A stretch of DNA of 64,000 bases from Candidatus Yanofskybacteria bacterium (GCA_016185545.1 JACPNJ010000002.1:51299-115298); one strand, 5' to 3'. Counted from the first letter of the stretch, positions 12,783-22,992 are shown. Made by a program: numbers and translations. The notes: generated by a model from the sequence alone, not told the origin.

Positions 12783-12985
12783 TTTTTGACTAGCGACAGC
12801 GATTAGCGATTAGCGATTAGCAAAATACCAGACGCTAATTACAGCAAGCTATGCGCTTAATTAATAAAAAGATAATTAATAAAAAGACCTTTAATGAATT
12901 ATAAATCGCTTGAAAATTAAGGGCAAATGGAGTTATGCACAATGGGGCAGGGCTTAAGGTTTAGAAAATTTTACTATACCCTAGT

Positions 12986-14194
12986 TCAGGCGCCTCCAAC
13001 CAAACTATAAATCGGCAACAAAACTGCTGAAACCAAAAGGCCGACGCCTAGCCCCAAAATTAATATCAATACCGGTTCTATCAATTGTGAAAGATTCTGG
13101 ACGCTGTTTTCCGATTCTGCTTTATAGAAATTAAAAATATTTTCAAGCATAAAGTCGGTTCGGCCGGTTTTTTCGCCAATGGCCAGCATAGAAACAACCA
13201 GCGGCGGAATTTCTTTGTATTTCTCAAAGACTTCGGAAATTGTGCCCCCTCCTTGGACATTTTCCTTTGCCCTAAGCAAGATGTCTTGGTATGTGGCGTT
13301 TCCTACCACATCTGAAGTAATACTGATCCCATCTAGAATCGGCACGCCTGATTTTATTAGGACGGAAAGTGTCTCGGCAATGCGCGCCAGATAAAAACTT
13401 CTGATCGTTTTGCCAAATTGCGGCATTCTTAGTTTAAAATTATCAAACTGGCTGTGACCACGCGGCGTTTTAATGTAATAAAAAAGTAAAATTATTGCGC
13501 CAATTATCAAAATCAGCAAAAAAACAAAGTATTGGTTGATAAAACTGGTTACAGCAATTAAAACTTTGGTGGTAAATGGAAGATCCTGAACCCCGGCGTC
13601 CTCAACGATTGAAAGCAGTTTAGGCAAAACAGTGGTTATTAAAATTATCGTGACTACGACCATTGCAAAAAGAATAAAAATCGGATACGCCAGCGCTCCT
13701 TTGATTTTTGAATTCAGAGACGCGCTTCTTTCCAAGTAATCGGCAAGATAAGACAGCGTAGTCTGTAATTTACCCGCCGCCTCGCCAGCCCTTACCAAGC
13801 TGATGTAAAAACGGCCAAAAATTTTCTGGTGCTCGTTCAGGGCCAATGACAACGAGGCGCCACCCTCAATTGAGGAAATGATGATTAAGACAACTTTGCG
13901 GAACGCTTCTTTCTCTATCTGTCTGACCAACGCATGCAAACCCTCAACCAAAGGGACATCGGCTTCAACCAATGTCGCCATTTGCCTGGTGAATAACACA
14001 ATGTCTTTCTGCGACGGCCTGCTGAACGCTGTTGTCAAATCTTGAAGCATTAAGCCCTTTCTAGTTTCCTCCAAGCTTAAAATTGCCAAATTTTTTTGGT
14101 GTAAAACGTTAACTGCCTGGTCTTCAGAGGGTGCTTCAACCTTGCCAGTTATCAGCTCGCCGGTTTGAGTTTTAGCCTGATATAGAAATTCCAA
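12986..14194 (-). CDS. pilC: type IV pilus platform protein (GspF family)
   Basis: 402 aa polytopic protein with duplicated GspF-like domains. Confidence 0.85.
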   Translation of the reverse strand: MEFLYQAKTQTGELITGKVEAPSEDQAVNVLHQKNLAILSLEETRKGLMLQDLTTAFSRPSQKDIVLFTRQMATLVEADVPLVEGLHALVRQIEKEAFRKVVLIIISSIEGGASLSLALNEHQKIFGRFYISLVRAGEAAGKLQTTLSYLADYLERSASLNSKIKGALAYPIFILFAMVVVTIILITTVLPKLLSIVEDAGVQDLPFTTKVLIAVTSFINQYFVFLLILIIGAIILLFYYIKTPRGHSQFDNFKLRMPQFGKTIRSFYLARIAETLSVLIKSGVPILDGISITSDVVGNATYQDILLRAKENVQGGGTISEVFEKYKEIPPLVVSMLAIGEKTGRTDFMLENIFNFYKAESENSVQNLSQLIEPVLILILGLGVGLLVSAVLLPIYSLVGGA

Positions 14195-14195
14195 A

Positions 14196-14276
14196 ACTAG
14201 GTTCTAGGTTCTAGGTTCTAGGTTCTAGGTTCTAGTTAAATTCAAACTAGAAACTAACAACCAGAAACTAGCAACT
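14196..14276. repeat. AGGTTCT x5 heptamer array plus complementary AGAAACT arm
   Basis: taggttctaggttctaggttctaggttctaggttctag ... aactagaaactaacaaccagaaactagcaact. Confidence 0.7.
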
Positions 14277-15444
14277 ATTTGAGGAGGGTTCTTAATTCCG
14301 CCGGATGCAATGAATAAAACTCGGCTTGTTCATATGAAATTTCGCCGCGGCGCACCAAATCAGCCAAGGAACGATTCAGTGAAATCATACCTGAATCAGA
14401 ACCGGTTTCTATGGCCAAATTTAATTGTTGGGTCTTGTTTTCGCGAATAATATTCCGTACGGCTGGAGTGGCAATCATTACTTCAATTGCCGGTATTAGT
14501 CCGCCTTTAATTCGTGGAATTAATCTTATGGAAACAACACCTGAGATGGTACTGGCTAATTGGGAAATAATCTGCCCTTGCTGTCCCGGCGGAAAAATAT
14601 TAATAATTCTTTCTATGCTTTGGGCGGCGTTATTGGTGTGGAGAGAAGCAAAAACAAGATGTCCGGTTTCAGCCGCCGTCACGGCTGTGCTGATAGTGTC
14701 ATAGTCGCGCATCTCCCCCACCATTATTACATTTACATTCTCGCGAAAAGTCGAACGCAAGGCTTTATTGAAAGAAACTGTGTCAAAGTAAACCTCGCGT
14801 TGGTCAATTATACTTTTATCTGAAGTAAAAATGTATTCTATGGGATCTTCTATGGTTATTATTTTTTCAGCCCTTTCATGATTAATCAAATCGATCACGG
14901 CCGCCATGGTCGTGGACTTGCCGTGGCCATTGGGTCCTACCACGAGCACAAAGCCCTGTGATAACTTGGCAAATATTTTTAAAATGGGCGGCAAATTAAG
15001 TTCTTCTATCGATTTAATATCTTCGGGAATAAGACGGAAAGCGGCGGCAAAACTGCCCCTAGTTTGATAAACATTAACCCGAAAACGAAGCTTACTGCTT
15101 ATTTCATAAGCGAAATCAAGCTCTTTTTCGATCAGAAATTTTTCTTTCGGCCCATCGGTCAGCAATGATAAAACCATATTATTAAGCAATTGCTTATCCA
15201 AAATTTTATGGTCAATCAGCGGTATTAACCGCCAGTCTACGCGAATAGCCGGATAATAACCGGGCGATAAATGCAAATCGGAACCGCCTTTCTGCGCGGT
15301 AACGTTCAGGAGCTCGTCCAACTGCTTTTTGTAATCTTGCAAATCAGCGGCATGTGAAACTGGCTGCGGGACAATGATCGGCTGCGGAGTTGCAACATTT
15401 TTAGCCATCGCTTCCTGTATTTTTTGTGATGTATCGTCGCTCAT
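14275..15444 (-). CDS. pilT: type IV pilus retraction ATPase
   Basis: 389 aa; Walker A GPNGHGKST; PilT-like length and motifs. Confidence 0.8.
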   Translation of the reverse strand: MSDDTSQKIQEAMAKNVATPQPIIVPQPVSHAADLQDYKKQLDELLNVTAQKGGSDLHLSPGYYPAIRVDWRLIPLIDHKILDKQLLNNMVLSLLTDGPKEKFLIEKELDFAYEISSKLRFRVNVYQTRGSFAAAFRLIPEDIKSIEELNLPPILKIFAKLSQGFVLVVGPNGHGKSTTMAAVIDLINHERAEKIITIEDPIEYIFTSDKSIIDQREVYFDTVSFNKALRSTFRENVNVIMVGEMRDYDTISTAVTAAETGHLVFASLHTNNAAQSIERIINIFPPGQQGQIISQLASTISGVVSIRLIPRIKGGLIPAIEVMIATPAVRNIIRENKTQQLNLAIETGSDSGMISLNRSLADLVRRGEISYEQAEFYSLHPAELRTLLK

Positions 15445-15524
15445 AGCGATAAGTTAAAAGTTTATAAAGTTAAAAAGATAATCACCCTCACTTTAAAAAC
15501 TTTATGAACTTGATAAACTTTTAA

Positions 15525-17279
15525 CTAATTCTCTTCGGCTTCCTGCGCCACCGTCAGCAACTCTTCCAGTGAGGTTACGCCGTTTAATACTTTTATTATA
15601 CCGTCCTGGAACATGGTTATCATGCCCTGGCGTTTTGCTTCCGCGCGCAGTTCTTCCTCGGAAATATTAGTCAGTATTATTTTTTCAAGCTCATCGGTCA
15701 TCGCTAATGTTTCAAATACACCGACTCGTCCTTTATAGGCACGGCCACCGCATTCTTTACAACCCTCGGAGCCTGGCTTATAAATCTCAAAATTGCCGTT
15801 GGGAAGATCCTTTTTGGTCACGGAAGGCATTTTTTCAATGGCTTGGCGAATCATAAACTCTTCGCCCTGATTGGCTCTTTCCTTAACCTTGCAAACCTGA
15901 CAAAGACGCCTTGCCAGTCTTTGAGCTACGACAAGATTGAGGGTTGGGGCAAGGAGGTATTTTTCAACATTCATATCTATCAATCGCGGAATTGCACCAA
16001 TAGTATCATTTGTATGAAGCGTTGAAAGAACGACATGGCCAGTTAAAGCCGCCTGTGTTGCTAAACCGGCAGTTTCACTGTCGCGTATTTCTCCGACCAT
16101 GATAATATCCGGGTCCTGCCGCAAAATATGTCTTAAACCGTTTGCAAAAGTATACCCGATTTCTTCATGAGTTTGCGATTGATTAACTCCGTCCACAAAA
16201 TATTCAATCGGGTCTTCTAGAGTAACTATGTTTACTTCTTCATCGTTAATTTCACGTAATACCGCCGCTAGTGTGGTTGATTTGCCGGAACCGGTAGGTC
16301 CGGTAATCAGAATTTCGCCAAATGGTTTAACCATATTCTCACGAATCAGTTCCAATGATCTTCCCTCAAGCCCCAATTCAGTCAGTTTAATGTCGCCAAC
16401 CAATGGATCTAAAATTCTTAATACAACCTTTTCCCCGTTTCTGGTAGGAAAGGTAGAAACTCTGAAATCAACCCGTCTTTCCCCCACCTTAGTGGAAAAT
16501 CTGCCGTCCTGTGCCAGACGGGTTTCGTCAATTTTCAAATCCGAAAGTATTTTAATTCTTGTCACTATTGCTGAAAGCAATCTGATGGGCAAAGAAAGGA
16601 CTGTCCGCAATACGCCGTCAATGCGAAATCTCAACCGGATCTTGTCTTCAAACGGTTCAATATGAATATCTGAGGCGCGGGTCTCAACTGCATGTTTGAC
16701 AACAATGGCAACAATGCGGGTTACTGGGGCTTCGGCGGTTATTTCTTCCAAGCCACCGGTTTTTTCGCTGATTTTGAGTTCTTTTTGGGTCGCTTCTTCA
16801 GTCAGTTGTTCCAGCGCCCGACCCACTTCGGATGTCAACGTACGCACGTTTTTGCTCAAATTATCAAAATCCTTGTAACTTATGAGGTATTTTTCAAGAT
16901 TAAGGCCGCGATCAAAAGCGATAAACTTAACAGCCTCAAGAGCGTTAATATTTTCAGGATCTATGATGCCGACTTTCAATACTGAGTTATCTCTGGCAAA
17001 GGGTAAAATTTTATAATAACTGATTATATTTTCCGGAATATCCTTAACCACCTCTCTGTCAATTTCAACGCCTGAAATATCAGTAACCGGAAGCTGATAA
17101 ATCCTGGATTTGATTTTTAAAAGTTCGGGGTCGCTAATTAAATTCTTTTTAATCAAAATTTCTCCGAAATCTTTCTGATTTTCGGCTGCCTCTTTTTCAG
17201 CATCATTAACAACTTCGGGACTTAAAAGTTTCTGCCTTTGTAGTTCCTCTATTAATAATTGTGGGAGTTGATAAGCCAA
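15525..17279 (-). CDS. pilB: type IV pilus assembly ATPase (GspE family)
   Basis: 584 aa; Walker A GPTGSGKST; C-terminal tetracysteine motif (CQVC...CKEC). Confidence 0.9.
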   Translation of the reverse strand: MAYQLPQLLIEELQRQKLLSPEVVNDAEKEAAENQKDFGEILIKKNLISDPELLKIKSRIYQLPVTDISGVEIDREVVKDIPENIISYYKILPFARDNSVLKVGIIDPENINALEAVKFIAFDRGLNLEKYLISYKDFDNLSKNVRTLTSEVGRALEQLTEEATQKELKISEKTGGLEEITAEAPVTRIVAIVVKHAVETRASDIHIEPFEDKIRLRFRIDGVLRTVLSLPIRLLSAIVTRIKILSDLKIDETRLAQDGRFSTKVGERRVDFRVSTFPTRNGEKVVLRILDPLVGDIKLTELGLEGRSLELIRENMVKPFGEILITGPTGSGKSTTLAAVLREINDEEVNIVTLEDPIEYFVDGVNQSQTHEEIGYTFANGLRHILRQDPDIIMVGEIRDSETAGLATQAALTGHVVLSTLHTNDTIGAIPRLIDMNVEKYLLAPTLNLVVAQRLARRLCQVCKVKERANQGEEFMIRQAIEKMPSVTKKDLPNGNFEIYKPGSEGCKECGGRAYKGRVGVFETLAMTDELEKIILTNISEEELRAEAKRQGMITMFQDGIIKVLNGVTSLEELLTVAQEAEEN

Positions 17280-17356
17280 AGAACTGAGGTTTAGAGTTCA
17301 GAGTTTAGAGTTTAGAAAATAAACTACACTCTATATCCTGCGCCCTATACCCCGTC

Positions 17357-17644
17357 TTAGAATGGCGCAAAGGGATCAGCGCGCCCCGTTGAACCGGGTT
17401 GAACCGGAGATTCCCCAAAAATCCGCAAAGCCTTAAAAGCCAAGCCGTCCAATACGGAAAAATCAAGCTTTAAGTCTTTAAATTTGGCGAGTCCGTCATC
17501 GGCAGAAATATCAATTGGTGAAATTGGAATAACCTGATCTTGCAATGCCTGGCTGTAATAAAAATAACCAACAATAAGACCAAACAGGGCTATTGCAACT
17601 AATATTAATAAACTAGTTGTGTTTCTGGTTGGAGCAATCGGCAT
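17357..17644 (-). CDS. small membrane protein, pilus-locus associated (PilP-like?)
   Basis: 95 aa; single TM; position between pilO and pilB. Confidence 0.35.
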   Translation of the reverse strand: MPIAPTRNTTSLLILVAIALFGLIVGYFYYSQALQDQVIPISPIDISADDGLAKFKDLKLDFSVLDGLAFKALRIFGESPVQPGSTGRADPFAPF

Positions 17645-17714
17645 TAACTAAGTTGTGGGTTACAGGTTATAGGTTATAGAAAACTTACTATCACCCATCA
17701 CCCGATTCCTATTC

Positions 17715-18236
17715 CTACTTCAAATAATATGCATTCATCTTAATCCCAAAATTAATATTACCCAAAGAGATAGTGGAAGACACGGCAGTGATGTCAAAAA
17801 TGTCATAAAGCCGAAGGCTTTGCTCCGCTAACTTAAGAAAATTAATAAAGGCCGGATAGGTACCGACAATATCTGCGCCGATAAAAATCTTTTTATATTC
17901 CGATTCTCCCACAAACAGCGCCTCCGAAGTGGTCAAACCTGATAATTGCATACCAGATTGCTCCATAATTTTATGGATACTTGATACTAACTCGTCAATC
18001 TGTTTACGTTCCGGCAGGAACGCCTTGATTTTACTGATATCCGCCTGGCGCAAACCGGCTTGACGATCTAATTCAAAAATATTATCTAAAAGCGCCGTTT
18101 TCCCATTTAAAAACAGCTGTCTGGAATTAACTGCCTCTTTGGCAGCTTTAATCGCGTCGTACTGAGGCAAAACCAAAACAAAAACCAAAAAAAGCGCGAA
18201 AGCAAAAATAATTGCGGCAAGGGTGTTCTTCTGCAT
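17715..18236 (-). CDS. pilO: PilO-like pilus biogenesis protein
   Basis: 173 aa; N-terminal TM plus coiled region; synteny with pilM/pilN. Confidence 0.55.
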   Translation of the reverse strand: MQKNTLAAIIFAFALFLVFVLVLPQYDAIKAAKEAVNSRQLFLNGKTALLDNIFELDRQAGLRQADISKIKAFLPERKQIDELVSSIHKIMEQSGMQLSGLTTSEALFVGESEYKKIFIGADIVGTYPAFINFLKLAEQSLRLYDIFDITAVSSTISLGNINFGIKMNAYYLK

Positions 18237-18331
18237 CGCTTATGCTTAGCAACGCCAATATGCGAATTGCGTATCCTGTTTGCAAAGCAATCTAGGAACA
18301 TCTTAATTCGCGCATTTGCGTCAGGTTTTAT

Positions 18332-18880
18332 TTATTTCTTCATCAAAAACTTATTCGAATCAAAAAACAATTGCATTGTTAATTCCACTTGCCCCGTGGG
18401 TTGGCTTTGAACTTTGTTTAAGATTATGTCTGTTAGGGAATCAACGGTATAAAACGACGCAATCTGTCTGGCAATTACGGTATAGTTGGCGGCTACAGCG
18501 TTAATTATCATCTTCTTGCCTAAAGCATCGGCGCTCACCGATGTGAATTGCACTTGCGGCTGTACCAAACTTTGAATCTTGATAAAAGCTTCGGACCAGA
18601 AGAAATGTGAACTTATGAGTGGATTCACCACGGTTAACTGTTTATTTAAACCCAAAAGCCGTGTCTCCAATTCTTTATTTCTGGATTTTTCCAAATCTAC
18701 CAGCTGGTCATCTATAGAAGAAAGGGTAGAAAACAATGACTGCCTATATGTCAATAAGATAAAATAAAGACCCAGTGTCAGCGCTAAAATAATAAAACTA
18801 AAAACCAGGAATCTGTTTTGTCCCGGCAATTTTACTTCTATTTTCTTCCTAGTTTCCGGAAGAAGTTGTAATCCTCCCAC
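18332..18880 (-). CDS. pilN: PilN-like fimbrial assembly protein
   Basis: 182 aa; N-terminal TM; synteny after pilM. Confidence 0.6.
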   Translation of the reverse strand: MGGLQLLPETRKKIEVKLPGQNRFLVFSFIILALTLGLYFILLTYRQSLFSTLSSIDDQLVDLEKSRNKELETRLLGLNKQLTVVNPLISSHFFWSEAFIKIQSLVQPQVQFTSVSADALGKKMIINAVAANYTVIARQIASFYTVDSLTDIILNKVQSQPTGQVELTMQLFFDSNKFLMKK

Positions 18881-18881
18881 A

Positions 18882-19068
18882 TCAGGCAGAGTTAGGTTAT
18901 AGGTTATAGGTTATAGGTTTTAGGTTTTAATTATCCGAAAACCAAAAAGACTAACAACCCTCCTTTTATTATAAACTAAGGCGTTGATTTTGTTATGCAC
19001 ATATGCGCCTAGGGTTAGATTTTAGATTTGATTATCTAACACCTATCACCTATAACCTAACACCTAGT
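18882..19068. repeat. AGGTTAT/AGGTTTT heptamer array plus complementary CACCTAT/AACCTAA arm between pilN and pilM
   Basis: ggttataggttataggttataggttttaggtttt ... cacctatcacctataacctaacacctag. Confidence 0.7.
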
Positions 19069-19069
19069 T

Positions 19070-20191
19070 TCAGATTTCTCTCATTGCAAGTCCGATGGCT
19101 AAGGTAAGAGTAGTATTAAGTTCCGACTGTATTTTTTCTAATTCCTTGGGTACAATGAGCCGGGCTGAAGGATTGCCAATGGCCAACGGGAGTCCAAGTT
19201 TGGTTCCAAAATAATTCGCAAAATTAGGCATATTGGCAAGACCGCCAACTAAAATCACTCTGCTAATTTTGATATTTTTAAGTTCTTCGTAACTATGGAT
19301 TGTTTTTTTGGTCTCAAAGGCCATCATATCAATAAGAGAACTCATGGCCTGTTGGATCACATTATTATTCGCGTCTTTAATCCCGAGGCTTCTTTTCAAT
19401 TCTTCGGCCCGCTTTAAACTAATATTCAAGGAGTTGGATATCGTTTTCGTTATTTCGAATCCCCCGATTTCGTAGTTGTGGCCTATTCTCTCATAGCCCC
19501 CATCTACAATCAGGATTGAAGTGCTACGTCCGCCGATATTGATTATGGCAGCCGGACTTAAATCATTGCCCAAAAGCGCTCTTATTAAAGCTGAATTTTC
19601 TAATTCTAAAGCTCGGAGATTCAAACCGGCTAGTTTCATGATATCCCTGTAGCGCTCCGTCTCCTGTTTCGGTACCGCGACAAGAAAAACTTCCACAACT
19701 GGCGGCTTGGCACCGCCGGATATCGGAGGTACGAGATTAGAAGTTGAAATTGATTGATTTAACTTCTGATTTGCTATATTAATTATTGACCAGTCAAGAA
19801 CCACATCATTGATCGGCAGAGGGATATATTTGCGGGCTTCAAACGGGATACTCTTGGCCATGTCTTTTTCTGAAAGGTACGGCATAGTTATTATAGTGGA
19901 AAATGTTGAAAAAGAGGGAATAGATGCTACAGCGTCGCGAGTTTTGATTTTACTGCGCTTAAGAACCTCGCGCATTCCCCATGCTAAGTCCTGACTGGAT
20001 AATTGCGCCGCCCCGCCTGCGGAACGGTTTGCCGCATTTAACGCCTCGTCGACTGATTCAAGCTCAAAAAGGCCGTAATTTTCCAGCTTGAAACGTCCCG
20101 CCTCTTTCGATAATTCTACTATCTTAATAGAAGCCGTACCGATATCTATGCCAAGTTTACTTTTGGGTTTGCCAAAGTCGAAAAAAGACAA
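19070..20191 (-). CDS. pilM: type IV pilus assembly protein, actin-like ATPase fold
   Basis: 373 aa; LGIDIGTASIKIVEL N-terminus. Confidence 0.85.
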   Translation of the reverse strand: MSFFDFGKPKSKLGIDIGTASIKIVELSKEAGRFKLENYGLFELESVDEALNAANRSAGGAAQLSSQDLAWGMREVLKRSKIKTRDAVASIPSFSTFSTIITMPYLSEKDMAKSIPFEARKYIPLPINDVVLDWSIINIANQKLNQSISTSNLVPPISGGAKPPVVEVFLVAVPKQETERYRDIMKLAGLNLRALELENSALIRALLGNDLSPAAIINIGGRSTSILIVDGGYERIGHNYEIGGFEITKTISNSLNISLKRAEELKRSLGIKDANNNVIQQAMSSLIDMMAFETKKTIHSYEELKNIKISRVILVGGLANMPNFANYFGTKLGLPLAIGNPSARLIVPKELEKIQSELNTTLTLAIGLAMREI

Positions 20192-20195
20192 AAAA

Positions 20196-20268
20196 GGTGT
20201 CAGGTGTCAGGTGTCAGGTGTCAGGTTTTTTATGTAACCTGAAACCTATGACCTGTAACCTATTTCAA
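20196..20268. repeat. GTCAGGT heptamer array plus complementary arm, in the divergent pilM/comF intergenic region
   Basis: ggtgtcaggtgtcaggtgtcaggtgtcaggtttttt atgtaacctgaaacctatgacctgtaacct. Confidence 0.7.
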
Positions 20269-20296
20269 CTATTGTCATTATACCACTAAAGGTTTT

Positions 20297-21112
20297 ATGG
20301 TTTATGCACATCCCGTACAAACAAGTTCGTTGGGGAATACTTCATTCGGGGCACATATGTCATCTTTCAAAGAACAATTTTTGGATATCCTTTTCCCGCG
20401 GCACTGTTTGGGCTGTGATGTTTTATTGGGAAAAGAAGCGGTTTCTTATGTTTGCCGGCGCTGTTTAAAGACCATCCCTTTCACTGAAAGTTTTGCTTGC
20501 ACGTTTTGCAAATCGCCGGTTAAAAACGGCAAAACTTGTCCGTATTGCATTAAAAATCATTTTCTGGACGAACTGTTTGTTACAACTTCTTATGAAAATC
20601 CGCTGGCAGAAAAAATGCTGAAAACCATGAAATACCGATTCGTCGCATCACTGGCAAACGATATTGCCGATCTAATGATCGGGTATCTTAAAAAGAGGGC
20701 AGTAATCGGACTAGGACCTTACTCAACGCCTTCCTTAGTTGTGCCGGTACCGCTGCATTTTAAAAGATTGAATTGGCGCGGATTCAATCAGGCCGAGATT
20801 ATCGGCCGGCAAATCAGCAATTATTTAGAATTGGATTTTGCCGCAGACGCACTCAAACGCGTCAAGAATAAAAAGCCGCAAGCCGATATGCCGAACCGAT
20901 TTTTACGCATTAAAAACGCTCAAAATGTTTTTAAACTTAATTCAATTCATATACATCATAAGACAATAGATGACACATTAACTGGCAAAATAGTGCTCCT
21001 TGTGGATGATATCTCAACTACCGGTTCAACGTTAGACGATTGCGCCCGCGCCTTAAAAGGCGCGGGCGCGAAAAAAGTGATCGGTTTCGTCTTTGCAAGA
21101 AATAAAATCTAA
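20297..21112 (+). CDS. comFC: ComF-family competence phosphoribosyltransferase
   Basis: N-terminal Cys4 zinc finger (CLGC...CRRC...CTFC...CPYC); C-terminal PRTase motif VLLVDDISTTGST. Confidence 0.8.
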   Translation: MVYAHPVQTSSLGNTSFGAHMSSFKEQFLDILFPRHCLGCDVLLGKEAVSYVCRRCLKTIPFTESFACTFCKSPVKNGKTCPYCIKNHFLDELFVTTSYENPLAEKMLKTMKYRFVASLANDIADLMIGYLKKRAVIGLGPYSTPSLVVPVPLHFKRLNWRGFNQAEIIGRQISNYLELDFAADALKRVKNKKPQADMPNRFLRIKNAQNVFKLNSIHIHHKTIDDTLTGKIVLLVDDISTTGSTLDDCARALKGAGAKKVIGFVFARNKI

Positions 21113-21987
21113 TCTAAAATGGTTTTGGCAATTTTATTCAATTCTTCGAGTGTAGAAAACTTAATAACAATATTGCCGCCGTTGATGCCGGTTCTGATGA
21201 AAACCGCCGCGCCGAGATTTTTGGACAGATTCTGCTGAAGTTCTTCAAACTTGGACCCCGCTGTTTGCGGCATTTCCCTTCCGGCTGATTTGTGCGCCTT
21301 TGCCGCTCCCTCAAGATCCCGCACCACGATATTGCCGGTAAGGATTTGCTTATACATCTCTCGCTGTTTACTCTCGTCCTTGAAAGCCAAAAGCGTTCGC
21401 GCGTGAGTTCGGCTGATTTTACCCACTCGCAATGCCGCTTTAATATCAGCCGGCAAATCAAGCAGCCTTATGGCATTGGCGACAACTTCGCGGCTTTTGC
21501 CGACTTTATTTGCAATATCTTTCTGGGTCAGCTTAAACTCGCTGGCTAACCTGGCATAAGCCTCGGCTTCTTCAAGCGGATTAAGGTCTTCGCGCTGAAT
21601 ATTTTCAACCAACGCCACCTCTAATTTAAGCCGGCTTTCGTCAAAATTATCTTTCACGATAACCGGCACATGCGGCAATCCAGCCATTTTTGCCGCGCGC
21701 CATCGGCGCTCCCCCGCCAGCAGTTCGTAACTGACATCCAGCCCCCTTTCGGTTTCCTCCTCCATCTTTGTAACAAGCAATGGCTGCAAGATACCGTATT
21801 TCTTGATTGAAGCCGCAAGTTCCTTGAGCCCGTCTTTATCAAAATCACGCCTCGGCTGATTAGCGTTGGGCTTAATTTTATTTATCTCAATATAAAAGAC
21901 GTTGTCCTGAATTTTTGGCGTAACCTTATTTGTCTTAGCCGGTATCAGCGACTCAAGGCCGCGACCCAGACCGAATAACTTCTTCAA
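21109..21987 (-). CDS. parB: chromosome partitioning protein ParB
   Basis: GERRWRAAKMAGL ParB box; HTH; 292 aa. Confidence 0.9.
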   Translation of the reverse strand: MKKLFGLGRGLESLIPAKTNKVTPKIQDNVFYIEINKIKPNANQPRRDFDKDGLKELAASIKKYGILQPLLVTKMEEETERGLDVSYELLAGERRWRAAKMAGLPHVPVIVKDNFDESRLKLEVALVENIQREDLNPLEEAEAYARLASEFKLTQKDIANKVGKSREVVANAIRLLDLPADIKAALRVGKISRTHARTLLAFKDESKQREMYKQILTGNIVVRDLEGAAKAHKSAGREMPQTAGSKFEELQQNLSKNLGAAVFIRTGINGGNIVIKFSTLEELNKIAKTILD

Positions 21988-22056
21988 ATTAGGTTTTAGG
22001 TTTTAGGTTTTAGGTTTTAGGAGTTTATCTAACACCTAAAAACTAACACCTAACAC
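21988..22056. repeat. AGGTTTT x4 heptamer array plus complementary AACACCT arm between parB and parA
   Basis: aggttttaggttttaggttttaggttttagg ... aacacctaaaaactaacacctaacacctagg. Confidence 0.7.
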
Positions 22057-22818
22057 CTAGGCAAGCCGAAGTATTTCTTCGGCGAGCTCTTTGTATGCTT
22101 GCGCGCCTTTGGACTTTTCGTCAAATTGCAAAATGGTTTTGCCGAATCCAGGGGCTTCGGCAAGAGAAACCGAACGCGGGATTATTGTTTCAAAAACATG
22201 GCCGGGAAAATTCTTTTTTACTTCGGCCACAATCTCATTGGCCAGTTTGTTTCTCTTATCATACATTGTAAGCAAAACGCCCAAAATCTGCAATCGCGGA
22301 TTAAGCGAGGTACGCACCAAATCAATGGTTTTAAACAGTTGGGTCAAACCTTCAAGCGCGTAATACTCGCACTGAACCGGTATAATTACCTGCTCCGCCA
22401 CCGCAAGACCGTTAATGGTAAGTAAACCCAGCGATGGCGGACTGTCTATTAAAATATAATCATAATTGGTGCGAATTTTGTTGAGGGCGTTTTTTAATTT
22501 AAACTCCCGCTCTTCCATATCAACTAGCTCAACGGTGGCGCCGGCAAGGCTTGCCGCCGAAGGTAAAATATCAAAACCGAAAATTCCGCTTTTTCTTATG
22601 ATTGCCTCCGGTTCTTCGCCGGCAACCAGCGTGTGGTACAGATTGACATGATCGTCTTCCAGTTTGACGCCAAGCCCCGATGTCGCATTTGCCTGCGGAT
22701 CCAAGTCCACCAGCAAAACATACTTGCCCATCGCCGCAAGATAACTCCCTATTGAGCAACTTGTAGTTGTTTTCCCAACGCCCCCTTTCTGATTGAAGAT
22801 TGAAATTATACGGGCCAT
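22057..22818 (-). CDS. parA: ParA/Soj partitioning ATPase
   Basis: deviant Walker A KGGVGKTTT; 253 aa. Confidence 0.9.
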   Translation of the reverse strand: MARIISIFNQKGGVGKTTTSCSIGSYLAAMGKYVLLVDLDPQANATSGLGVKLEDDHVNLYHTLVAGEEPEAIIRKSGIFGFDILPSAASLAGATVELVDMEEREFKLKNALNKIRTNYDYILIDSPPSLGLLTINGLAVAEQVIIPVQCEYYALEGLTQLFKTIDLVRTSLNPRLQILGVLLTMYDKRNKLANEIVAEVKKNFPGHVFETIIPRSVSLAEAPGFGKTILQFDEKSKGAQAYKELAEEILRLA

Positions 22819-22907
22819 AGATAAACTAATCTTATTATATTTTCATTTGAAAAGCCAGCACAAAAATGTTAAAATAGATTATTCGTAATGTAATACCACC
22901 AGCTGGT

Positions 22908-22992
22908 GCCCGAGTGGCGGAATTGGTTTTACGCGCACGACTCAAAATCGTGTGGTCTCACGACCATGTGGGTTCGACTCCCACCTCGGGCA
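22908..22992 (+). tRNA. tRNA-Leu (anticodon CAA), long variable arm, CCA not encoded
   Basis: manual fold: acceptor GCCCGAG/CTCGGGC; anticodon stem CACGA/TCGTG with loop CTCAAAA; T-arm GTGGG-TTCGACT-CCCAC. Confidence 0.75.

Noticed and set aside
9636-22056. Tandem-repeat arrays as possible CRISPR arrays
   Set aside because: Repeat unit is only 7 nt with no unique spacers and no cas genes; the arrays are self-complementary hairpins, not CRISPR.
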